This document shows positions 9,486 to 16,818 of a stretch of DNA of 32,000 nt, piece by piece. This DNA is from Vulcanisaeta distributa DSM 14429. Its GTDB lineage: Archaea; Thermoproteota; Thermoprotei; Thermoproteales; Thermocladiaceae. A program made the position numbers and the translations under genes. Position 1 is the first letter of the stretch; every line of letters begins with the position of its first letter. The notes below the pieces were generated by a model. That model had not been told where the DNA came from and did no database searches. It saw only the letters and a list, made by a program, of their open reading frames with translations. Where the stretch lies: the NCBI RefSeq assembly GCF_000148385.1, contig NC_014537.1, positions 2,220,001-2,252,000 on the forward strand. The letters run 5' to 3'.

Positions 9486-9977
9486 GTGCGCCATGTGATG
9501 GAGGTAATAAGTACCGGCAGGAGTGTTATGGACATGTTAAATGAGCTCCTTAATGACCTTAATAGGGATGATTTAACGCTCATTGAGAGATTACCCTACG
9601 TTCGTGAGTATGAGAGGTATAGAGACGTGATCACGAACATTCTCAGGGAATTCCACATAGCGCTTGTCCTCGTTAGGTTGACGTTTAACGATGGTTCCCG
9701 TAAGGGTTACGTCTTCCTAATAAGGGGTGAGGGCGGTGAATTGGGTAGAATACCAACGTCAGGCGTTGTGGAGGGTTACGTAGTGAGTGTTAAGGGCAAT
9801 GACAGGAAGAAACTCCTGTATAATTCAGTGACGTTTAATAGGGCTGATGACGTGGCGACGAGGATTATAGAGTTCGCAAACATGTACAGGAAGGCCGAGG
9901 AAAGAATATCACAACTTCAACTACTTCGTGAGGCCGAGAAGGACTATGCATTATTCTATGAGGAGACTGGCGATTAA
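9486..9977 (+). CDS. hypothetical protein (about 160 aa)
   Basis: ORF only. An alternative ATG is at 9498. No motif recognised. Confidence 0.4.
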   Translation: MRHVMEVISTGRSVMDMLNELLNDLNRDDLTLIERLPYVREYERYRDVITNILREFHIALVLVRLTFNDGSRKGYVFLIRGEGGELGRIPTSGVVEGYVVSVKGNDRKKLLYNSVTFNRADDVATRIIEFANMYRKAEERISQLQLLREAEKDYALFYEETGD

Positions 9978-10066
9978 GGGCTTAAATTGCTAGGTAATCA
10001 TTAAATTAACATCATGAAGAGCACGCCCTTATCTGAATCTGCTGATGATGAATGCTGCCAGGCGGA

Positions 10067-11110
10067 TCACCTATTCATTAATTGGACCTGCGCCCTCAAT
10101 TTGCTCTTTATCTCCTTAATCATTGAGTAAGCCTCTTCGGGGCTTGGTATTCTAGACTTAGCCCTGTAATACCTATAGACCTCCTCTTCAAAATTAAGCT
10201 CAGTCATTACACCCCTGCTATTTAATATCCTCATTGCGTCCCAGGGATCCTTCGCATTAATTATTAAGTTGGCTAACGGTAAATCACTTATTGCTTTCTT
10301 AAGGTCTAGGTAATACGTTATTGATGACGATACATCAAGCCTCACGTACCTGGTGCTACCCCTTATACCCACATTACCGTGATGACCCCTCGCAGCCTTA
10401 AACACCAAGCCGCTGGCCTCGGTTATTGCCTTACTAAGTATGTCCTCAAGTATCATTAAGTCATTTCGCGTAGGCCCATATGCGCCTAGGAATGCGCCCT
10501 TACCAGCTAGCTGGCTTATTCTCATTAGCACGTAATCCCTATCTAACTCACCATCCACACCTGGACCTGCAACGCCAAGTATTACCGGTACATTGGTCGT
10601 ATCCTGAACCCTACTTAAAATAGCCACTGAGTAACTGTCAGCAAGTGGGCTGTAGAGCCCATCCTCATTACCCAGGGCTAGAACGTCGCCACCAACATCA
10701 ATGCCTATTACCGCGTCAATGCCGTACTTACTTACGTAATCACTAAGCTCCTTAGCGACACTACTTACGGGACCAGCAATACTTATTCCTAATCCATCAT
10801 CCTTAATAACGCTTAGTACATTAGCTATTTGAGGAATGACATGCCTACCCTCCCTAACTGCGTAGGTGTCACCATTAACGATGGCCAAATAATCACCAAG
10901 GGCATCGGCATTCCTAAGCTCCTGTATCCTAATGGGTCCTGGCACAACGTCATTTACGTATCTTTCCCAAAGAACTGCGCCCAATATTGCCTCCTTACCC
11001 TCGTTAATGGCGAGGCTATAGGTTATTGTTGAGCCCACAACGTCACCTCCACCACCAATACCGATCACTAGGACGCTCCTTACATTAAATCCTATAACCT
11101 CATCAAGCAC
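10067..11110 (-). CDS. conserved hypothetical protein, possibly DUF1152-like
   Basis: Soluble 347-aa ORF with a GTG start and two glycine-rich loops (VIGIGGGGDVVGS and IGIDVGGDVLALG). The family name comes from memory of archaeal DUF1152 proteins and was not verified. Confidence 0.45.
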   Translation of the reverse strand: MLDEVIGFNVRSVLVIGIGGGGDVVGSTITYSLAINEGKEAILGAVLWERYVNDVVPGPIRIQELRNADALGDYLAIVNGDTYAVREGRHVIPQIANVLSVIKDDGLGISIAGPVSSVAKELSDYVSKYGIDAVIGIDVGGDVLALGNEDGLYSPLADSYSVAILSRVQDTTNVPVILGVAGPGVDGELDRDYVLMRISQLAGKGAFLGAYGPTRNDLMILEDILSKAITEASGLVFKAARGHHGNVGIRGSTRYVRLDVSSSITYYLDLKKAISDLPLANLIINAKDPWDAMRILNSRGVMTELNFEEEVYRYYRAKSRIPSPEEAYSMIKEIKSKLRAQVQLMNR

Positions 11111-11153
11111 GATGATGTCTCATTTTAAATCATTTAAATGCATTAAACTAAAA

Positions 11154-11960
11154 CTAACCTAACTTAACATCATTAACCACACCATTAACTGCAAAGTAAT
11201 ACGTATTATTTACATATGCATTAATTAATACCGTAACGTAAAAACTACCACTGAATTTCAAGCCACCATTGCATGCACCCTCTTCAGGTGATGCAAGTAA
11301 TACATAGTCTATGGTCCCCCAATAAACAGTGTAATTGCGTGTTCGTTCAATCATTCTAAAAACACCAACGTATCTAAGCGTTATATTTATGCCATGATGA
11401 TCACTGCCTACCTTACTTGCTAAATAACCATTCATGTCCTGCACAGCCTCGGTTAAGTTATTGGCGTGAATCGTTACATTTGCATCTAAACTATGGATGA
11501 CGTTATTAATTACCTGGGAGTAATAACATAAATTGAATGGATATATGACAGCGACAACACCCTCAATATCACCAGATTGCGTAATTACTTGAATAACTGC
11601 GCGATAAACGGTAGCATTACCCTCACCATAAACCTCATAATTAATCACCCTATACCTCACAATACCCCCAGTCCTATTACTAATGGTGCTGAGGACCTCA
11701 TTCAAGGTTCCAGTCAAGTTATTAGCGATAACATTGCATGAGTAGTTTATAGGATTCATAATAACTAGGCATGCATCGTTCCTTAGCATAAAGAGCAATG
11801 TATTGTTTAACTGCCTAATGACATTAACTGACAGTAGGTAAGTATTCTCGAGGGTTAACGCCTTAGATGCCTCACTGCTCACGTAGCTTATTAAGTATGT
11901 GGTCAATGTAATCATTACCAGCAATACTACGATTATGGGTAATAATGACTTGTAAATCAC
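11154..11960 (-). CDS. N-terminally membrane-anchored, probably extracellular glycoprotein (hypothetical)
   Basis: Single N-terminal hydrophobic helix (MIYKSLLPIIVVLLVMITLTTYLI). The rest is hydrophilic, with about 10 N-x-S/T sequons by hand count. Last gene of a four-ORF cluster. Confidence 0.55.
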   Translation of the reverse strand: MIYKSLLPIIVVLLVMITLTTYLISYVSSEASKALTLENTYLLSVNVIRQLNNTLLFMLRNDACLVIMNPINYSCNVIANNLTGTLNEVLSTISNRTGGIVRYRVINYEVYGEGNATVYRAVIQVITQSGDIEGVVAVIYPFNLCYYSQVINNVIHSLDANVTIHANNLTEAVQDMNGYLASKVGSDHHGINITLRYVGVFRMIERTRNYTVYWGTIDYVLLASPEEGACNGGLKFSGSFYVTVLINAYVNNTYYFAVNGVVNDVKLG

Positions 11961-11966
11961 TCACAA

Positions 11967-12275
11967 TCACCTGGCGTAAGCAACGTACACATTAACCTCC
12001 AACCTGGAATTATTAATCGCAATCCTTGGGCATATAATTAGGTAATTCTTGGTCGTTACCTCATCCGTTATTACAACATGATTTAGATTAATACTGCCCG
12101 TGAAATTACCCAGTTGGCACTCAATGAATAGGTAAGTTCCAATGGACGCTTTATAATCAATTATTGATAGCCTCAACAGGAGGTTTGTTAAGTATATCGT
12201 GAGTATGAGTATTACGATTACTAGGGTAATTGAAGCCAGTAGGTCAGGGAATATTAAGGAGTCTGCGAGAGCCAT
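11967..12275 (-). CDS. small N-terminally anchored membrane protein (hypothetical)
   Basis: 102 aa with one N-terminal TM helix (LLASITLVIVILILTIYLTNLLL). Its stop is 6 nt before the next start. Confidence 0.45.
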   Translation of the reverse strand: MALADSLIFPDLLASITLVIVILILTIYLTNLLLRLSIIDYKASIGTYLFIECQLGNFTGSINLNHVVITDEVTTKNYLIICPRIAINNSRLEVNVYVAYAR

Positions 12276-12405
12276 TGATTATCACCATGGCATAATTACT
12301 CACGGAATTCGCTAAGTAAAGTACTTTTAGTAGGAAGCTCTCGATGACTATGATCATCATGAATATGATCACCATCAATATCGCTGTGAGTAGGTACCTA
12401 ATCAT
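12244..12405 (-). CDS. small membrane protein, 53 aa (not in ORF track)
   Basis: Hand translation gives MIRYLLTAILMVIIFMMIIVIESFLLKVLYLANSVSNYAMVIINGSRRLLNIP*. Its ATG overlaps the TGA of the upstream 61-aa ORF (ATGA at 12402-12405), and its 3' end overlaps the next ORF by 32 nt. Confidence 0.3.
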   Translation of the reverse strand: MIRYLLTAILMVIIFMMIIVIESFLLKVLYLANSVSNYAMVIINGSRRLLNIP

Positions 12406-12587
12406 CTAATCACCGAGTTGATCCATTGAATAATTGAATTAAGCTCTCGAATAAGCCCTATATTATTCCTTAATAACTCTACATATAATGAGATGGTGAT
12501 AATCGAGAGTATCGCTGAAATTGCCGTGAGTATTAGTGATCCATATTCCTGGAATAGAATGTTCAATACCTCCTCAAGGGACTTCAC
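12402..12587 (-). CDS. small membrane protein, 61 aa (hypothetical)
   Basis: GTG start and one TM helix (SLILTAISAILSIITISLYV). Has its own TATA-like box about 24 nt upstream. Confidence 0.4.
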   Translation of the reverse strand: MKSLEEVLNILFQEYGSLILTAISAILSIITISLYVELLRNNIGLIRELNSIIQWINSVIR

Positions 12588-12606
12588 AATTAATTATTAT
12601 CAATTC

Positions 12607-12616
12607 GATATATAAG
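12607..12616 (-). promoter_or_regulatory. TATA-like box for the small-membrane-protein cluster
   Basis: The minus strand reads CTTATATATC about 24 nt upstream of the GTG at 12587. It lies in the 44-nt gap after the helicase stop. Confidence 0.4.
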
Positions 12617-12631
12617 TCACTACAGCATTAA

Positions 12632-15600
12632 TCACTGAGAGAATAAACGTGTACTGCTGATTACGTGGCTTATTAATCGCCTCACCTCATCAGCCAGGTA
12701 CCTCCTACACTCAACCTCAAGTACCTCACCCTTAACATGCCTCTCCTCACTAAGTGCCTCCTCAATGGTATTTCTCGTAATTACCTCGTAAACCCTCGCC
12801 TCAACCTTACCATCACTAGCCCTAACCACACGACCTACCCTCTGAATCATCTGTCTCTGAGAGCCTGTTCCAGAAAGTATTATCGCCACATCCGCATCCG
12901 GCACATCAATACCCTCATCAAGGACTGTGGTCGCCACGATAACCTTATACACACCCCTAGCAAATGCCTTAAAAATCGAGTCTCTATCACTAGTCTTAGA
13001 CGTTATTAACGCGACGATGGGTCCCAACTCCTCCTTAAGGACCTTATACAACTCCTCGGCCTGCCTTATGAATTGAGTAAAAACGATGATCTTACTACCA
13101 ATGCCAACCTCAGCCTTCACTATTTCCTTAGCAATGCCTATCTTGGCACTAGCCATACTCGCTATATTCCTTAGGACAATCGCATTATCACCAGCCCTCT
13201 CATAACTCCTCCTCTCCTCAGGTGTTAAGTCAACGTAGATCCTAAAGTGCCTAACAGGAACAACCAATTTAGCTTCAATCATGTCCCTATAATCAGCCTG
13301 GTAAACAATATCACCGGCGCTTAGGAATATCAAGTGCTCATTATTATCACTCCTTTTCGGTGTAGCGGACAATGCCAACCTAAAGGGTGCCCTAAGCTTA
13401 AACGCAACCTCCTTAAACGTATCGGCAGGAACGTGGTGGCAATTATGCACTATGACTCCATTAGCTACGAAACTATGGTCTTCCTCTACCTCAATATCGT
13501 AGACAAATTCTTCTTCCCTGGAAATGCCTCTAGGGCTATTGGCTTGATTAATTCCAGGAATTTCTCTGCTTCCCTCATGTTTAGCGTATAGAGGAGGTAA
13601 TAATCGCGATAATGCGTTATGCCGAATACTACTCCCCATTTCTCCCTCAACCACTGCGCCAGCATTTTGTTCCCCTCCAATGTAAAATTCTCCGTGTGTA
13701 ATTGTATTGCGTAATAATCCCTCCCCTTCTCTAGGCTTATTGATCCATCGTCCAGAAACCAAACTGCTAACGCTATCGGCGTCTTTATCATACCCAGAAG
13801 TTCCTTGGTGACTGTCTTCCTCCCGTTTATGTATGATGCCTTGTATATCTCCGTTAGCTCCGGATGGCATATTGTATGGAATCTTACCACGTCTCCATAC
13901 GCTCCATACTTCATCATCCTTATGACCTTTGGCGGTGTCCTTACTATATTCTTTAGCTCTGAGTATTTCCACATTAAGTACTCGTACTGGTCTAAAGAGT
14001 GTGTCACTGTTAATCTCGCGTTTTTCGCCCTGGGTGGCGGAATTGTTAAATACCCATCCCCAAGCACCATGCCCAGGACTATCTCCCTCTATCTCTCTGT
14101 CAATTTTGGTAATGATGCTAACCTCCTCAATTCCCTTTCCTGCACTATTTTCCTTATCTGCTGTATTCCCACCTCTTTGTATAAAGTCCATCGCTTTAAT
14201 GATCTTCGTCTCTGAAGTTCTGGGTTGTGAGCAGTTACATAATGACACCCTAAAGCCTGAAGCGTTGGAAATTCCTTTCCGCAGATTCTGCACCTGTACG
14301 TCATAGAAATACAGCACGTCCCCGCTTCTTAAGGTTATTGCAGGCTTCCAACCATCCTGAGTGAGAATTAGGTGATCCTCCGTCACCACTAATTCGCCTT
14401 TCTCGTGAGTTATCCTCACCATCCTCTTAATGAGTGGTATTTTGAAGTAGTTCGTTATTCGCATAAACCTGCCTTTATGGGTAAGCACCCTCACGGGTAG
14501 TCTCTTCTCCACTATCTCTCCAATGGGCATTAACCCCATATCAGTAACAATCAATGCATCATATGGTAAGCACTCATCGAATACCACCATATCGAACTTA
14601 TCACTTATCTCCGCTATCCTGTTAACGGCTGAGTTGTAGATCGCCACCGTGACCTCCCTAATATCGTCATAACCACCGCCCAACCTACCTGCCCTAATGC
14701 CTAAGTACTTCATTATTCTTTCGTACCATTGATTCATAAGTTCTTCTGTGATTACGAGTATTATCGTCGGCACCCTCGCCGTGGCCAGGGCCTTGAGGGC
14801 TATGAATGTCTTACCGCCGCCTGTTGGTACGACAATCGTACCCCTCTTACCGGCCCTTAACCAGGCATCGAGAGCTCTCTCCTGGAAGGGTAGGAGCTTC
14901 ACCTCATCCTTAGGGACCTGTATCTGCCTTGGGCTCCATTGTAGGTCAGTCACTTTATAACCGCTCTTTACCAGTAATTCCCTTACGGTATCCCTTAGAA
15001 ATACTGGGAACCTAATTATGACCTTTTCACTTTCTCGAATAATATCGTCCTTACGTATGAGCCTCAAATCACGCTTATTCAGGTTACCCTCCTTATCAGT
15101 GACATAGTACGGTATGGTTAAGCTCCTCAACTTCTCATAGAGCTCCTTAGATAGAAAGTGCAGCTCAGCACTATCAAGGCCGAGCTTAACTGTCCACCAC
15201 TCAATCCTCCTACTAAATAAATCCCTCAACTTATTATTAGCTAGGGCGAACTCCCGAGCCCTCCTAAGGGCAAGCTCCACATCACCAATCACTGGCTTAC
15301 CAACGAGTAACTGCCTAATGCTCTCCACAGCCTTATCAACATACTCCTCAAATGAGGACGCACTACCTATGTAATTTCTATCGCTCCTAATGAAGTCCCT
15401 TATTAGGCATGACAGTGAGATAATGTATAAGCCACCCTCCTCACCCAACACGCAGTCGCTTGGTATAGAACCGAGACTTCCCAAGTCCTCAACGCCAATT
15501 ACGCCGCCTGACGAGTTTACGAGTATAGTCCTCATTAATTTCTCGGTCTCCTCACTGGTCAGCTCAAGTAATTCCTTCAACTCCCTAATCAACGAGAGTG

Positions 15601-15739
15601 AGTAAACCTTGCCGGACCAGTACTCACCATTCCACCTGAACCCTAGCTCCTTCAATCTATCCTTAACTCTTGCTATCCTATCCCACGGCCACTCCCTCCT
15701 AATCTCAACATTGCCGTTCACAATTACCCTAAAGAGCAC
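12632..15739 (-). CDS. SF2 DNA helicase, COG1061/SSL2 (XPB/Rad25-related), interrupted by an intein
   Basis: Motif I VVPTGGGKTF; motif II VVFDE|CHH split by the intein; motif III ALSATP; C-terminal core TTVLDEGIDVPDADVAIILSGTGSQRQMIQRVGRVVR, very like XPB motifs V-VI. No RED motif follows motif III, and an N-terminal region of about 280 aa is unassigned. The extein totals 658 aa. Confidence 0.9.
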   Translation of the reverse strand: MLFRVIVNGNVEIRREWPWDRIARVKDRLKELGFRWNGEYWSGKVYSLSLIRELKELLELTSEETEKLMRTILVNSSGGVIGVEDLGSLGSIPSDCVLGEEGGLYIISLSCLIRDFIRSDRNYIGSASSFEEYVDKAVESIRQLLVGKPVIGDVELALRRAREFALANNKLRDLFSRRIEWWTVKLGLDSAELHFLSKELYEKLRSLTIPYYVTDKEGNLNKRDLRLIRKDDIIRESEKVIIRFPVFLRDTVRELLVKSGYKVTDLQWSPRQIQVPKDEVKLLPFQERALDAWLRAGKRGTIVVPTGGGKTFIALKALATARVPTIILVITEELMNQWYERIMKYLGIRAGRLGGGYDDIREVTVAIYNSAVNRIAEISDKFDMVVFDECLPYDALIVTDMGLMPIGEIVEKRLPVRVLTHKGRFMRITNYFKIPLIKRMVRITHEKGELVVTEDHLILTQDGWKPAITLRSGDVLYFYDVQVQNLRKGISNASGFRVSLCNCSQPRTSETKIIKAMDFIQRGGNTADKENSAGKGIEEVSIITKIDREIEGDSPGHGAWGWVFNNSATQGEKREINSDTLFRPVRVLNVEILRAKEYSKDTAKGHKDDEVWSVWRRGKIPYNMPSGANGDIQGIIHKREEDSHQGTSGYDKDADSVSSLVSGRWINKPREGEGLLRNTITHGEFYIGGEQNAGAVVEGEMGSSIRHNALSRLLPPLYAKHEGSREIPGINQANSPRGISREEEFVYDIEVEEDHSFVANGVIVHNCHHVPADTFKEVAFKLRAPFRLALSATPKRSDNNEHLIFLSAGDIVYQADYRDMIEAKLVVPVRHFRIYVDLTPEERRSYERAGDNAIVLRNIASMASAKIGIAKEIVKAEVGIGSKIIVFTQFIRQAEELYKVLKEELGPIVALITSKTSDRDSIFKAFARGVYKVIVATTVLDEGIDVPDADVAIILSGTGSQRQMIQRVGRVVRASDGKVEARVYEVITRNTIEEALSEERHVKGEVLEVECRRYLADEVRRLISHVISSTRLFSQ
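13486..14070 (-). CDS. LAGLIDADG (double-motif) homing endonuclease ORF in the +1 frame relative to the intein/helicase frame
   Basis: Two LAGLIDADG motifs (..LGMVLGDGYL and LAVWFLDDGSI) spaced about 100 aa apart, as in monomeric enzymes such as I-DmoI. The frame offset was computed from coordinates: (15739-14070) mod 3 = 1. Confidence 0.75.
   Translation of the reverse strand: MVLGDGYLTIPPPRAKNARLTVTHSLDQYEYLMWKYSELKNIVRTPPKVIRMMKYGAYGDVVRFHTICHPELTEIYKASYINGRKTVTKELLGMIKTPIALAVWFLDDGSISLEKGRDYYAIQLHTENFTLEGNKMLAQWLREKWGVVFGITHYRDYYLLYTLNMREAEKFLELIKPIALEAFPGKKNLSTILR
14089..14304 (-). CDS. C2H2 zinc-finger ORF (71 aa), same +1 frame, immediately upstream of the LAGLIDADG ORF
   Basis: CRICGKEFPTLQALGCHYVTAH equals C-x2-C-x12-H-x4-H, followed by a basic tail. 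The ATG begins 1 nt into the codon after the Hint N-lobe (..YFY|D). It is separated from the endonuclease ORF by one TAG plus 6 codons. Confidence 0.55.
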   Translation of the reverse strand: MTYRCRICGKEFPTLQALGCHYVTAHNPELQRRRSLKRWTLYKEVGIQQIRKIVQERELRRLASLPKLTER

Positions 15740-15801
15740 TAACCATGTACTACCTAGTACAGTACTTAAAGCTTACAAAGGCTTTAATTCCATAATCCTT
15801 A

Positions 15802-16818
15802 ATGAACCTAATTGATTACCCAAGGTGGCCCTCCCTCGCTAGGGAATCGATACTTAACGTGCCCATGGACCTAAGGAGCATTAAATTGAGCATTGACGGT
15901 AAGGTCATTGATTACAGTGAGGAAATAGATTCAGTTGTCATTACCGGTATGGGTGGTAGTGGCGTTGTTGGTGATATAATTAATGATCTATGCTGGTTCT
16001 GGGACTGCAGAGTGCCCATAATTGTGAGTAAAAACATGAGGCTACCGAAGAGGTTATCAAGGCCTTTGGTCATAGCCATTAGCTACTCGGGTAATACGGC
16101 TGAGACAATAATGAGCGCTAATGAGGCTTTATCCAGGGGGTACCCGGTAATTGGTGTAACTACAGGCGGTAAATTAAGCACAGTACTTACTAATAAGGGC
16201 GCCCCAGTTGTCCTAATCCCAAAGGCTTCGGCACCTAGGTATGGATTACCCGCGTTACTATACCCAACACTGATCATTCTAGAGAGGTTCGGTGTTGCTT
16301 CGGTGATCAATGAGTTGGAGAGTGGTATCTCTGGAATTGAGGATGCCCTTAAGCGCGTTGATGATGCAATTAACCTGGCGAAGCAATTAGTTAATTCAGT
16401 GCCCGTGGTTTGGGTTACGGAGAGTAGGCGTGGTGTTGGTATTAGGTTTAAGAACGACCTAAATGAAAACGCCAAGTACTACTCAGTGGTTTCGGTGGTC
16501 CCTGAGGGCGCCCACAATGACATAGCCGCGGTCACGACTAAGCAGGGTGGTTTGAAACACGTGGCTATAATGGGGCCCAATGATTATGAGGGCATGTACG
16601 AGGAGGTCCTCATTGATGTACTATCCTCATTCGGGGCGAAGCCCATAATCGTTAAGCTTGAGGGCAAGACGCCACTTGAAACCGAGATGTACGGCGTGAC
16701 ATACCTAGGCATGGTGACTTTGGCATTAGCGGAATTACTTGGTGTTGAGCCAGTATCCACGGAACCAATCGATAGGCTCAAGAACCTCCTCAGCGAGAGG
16801 AGGGTATTTCAGGTTTAA
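15802..16818 (+). CDS. bifunctional phosphoglucose/phosphomannose isomerase (SIS-domain PGI/PMI family)
   Basis: SIS motifs VVITGMGGSGVVGD and ISYSGNTAET, plus a C-terminal region resembling the crenarchaeal PGI/PMI family. Length is 338 aa. Confidence 0.7.
   Translation: MNLIDYPRWPSLARESILNVPMDLRSIKLSIDGKVIDYSEEIDSVVITGMGGSGVVGDIINDLCWFWDCRVPIIVSKNMRLPKRLSRPLVIAISYSGNTAETIMSANEALSRGYPVIGVTTGGKLSTVLTNKGAPVVLIPKASAPRYGLPALLYPTLIILERFGVASVINELESGISGIEDALKRVDDAINLAKQLVNSVPVVWVTESRRGVGIRFKNDLNENAKYYSVVSVVPEGAHNDIAAVTTKQGGLKHVAIMGPNDYEGMYEEVLIDVLSSFGAKPIIVKLEGKTPLETEMYGVTYLGMVTLALAELLGVEPVSTEPIDRLKNLLSERRVFQV

Larger units (their letters stand above)
13442..14572 (-). mobile_element. intein (377 codons, residues Cys390-Asn766 of the helicase ORF)
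   Basis: Block A CLPYDALIVT starts right after DE. Block B is VVTEDHLILT (TxxH). Blocks F/G are FVYDIEVEEDHSFVANGVIVHN, followed by the +1 Cys (CHHVPA). Removing the intein restores DECHH. Codon positions were checked on the sequence (Cys at 14570-14572, Asn at 13442-13444). Confidence 0.88.

Noticed and set aside
9978-10066. C/D-box-like elements: ATGAAGA, a 12-nt spacer, CTGA, then TGATGATGA (10014-10051).
   Set aside because: The spacing of the first half is right. However, the putative C box is non-canonical and no CTGA D box follows the C'-like element within the next 50 nt. It is therefore not callable as an sRNA.
13334-13591. Plus-strand ORF overlapping the intein C-lobe and helicase motif II region.
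   Set aside because: It is antisense to a confidently assigned CDS, and its composition is not protein-like.
13805-14306. Two long plus-strand ORFs (13805..14215 and 13929..14306) lie antisense to the intein centre, so four of six frames look open here.
   Set aside because: Their translations are low-complexity, Ser/Leu/Pro/Phe-rich antisense-type sequence with no motifs. The openness is most simply a by-product of the purine-rich, doubly constrained minus strand. There is no start context or promoter.
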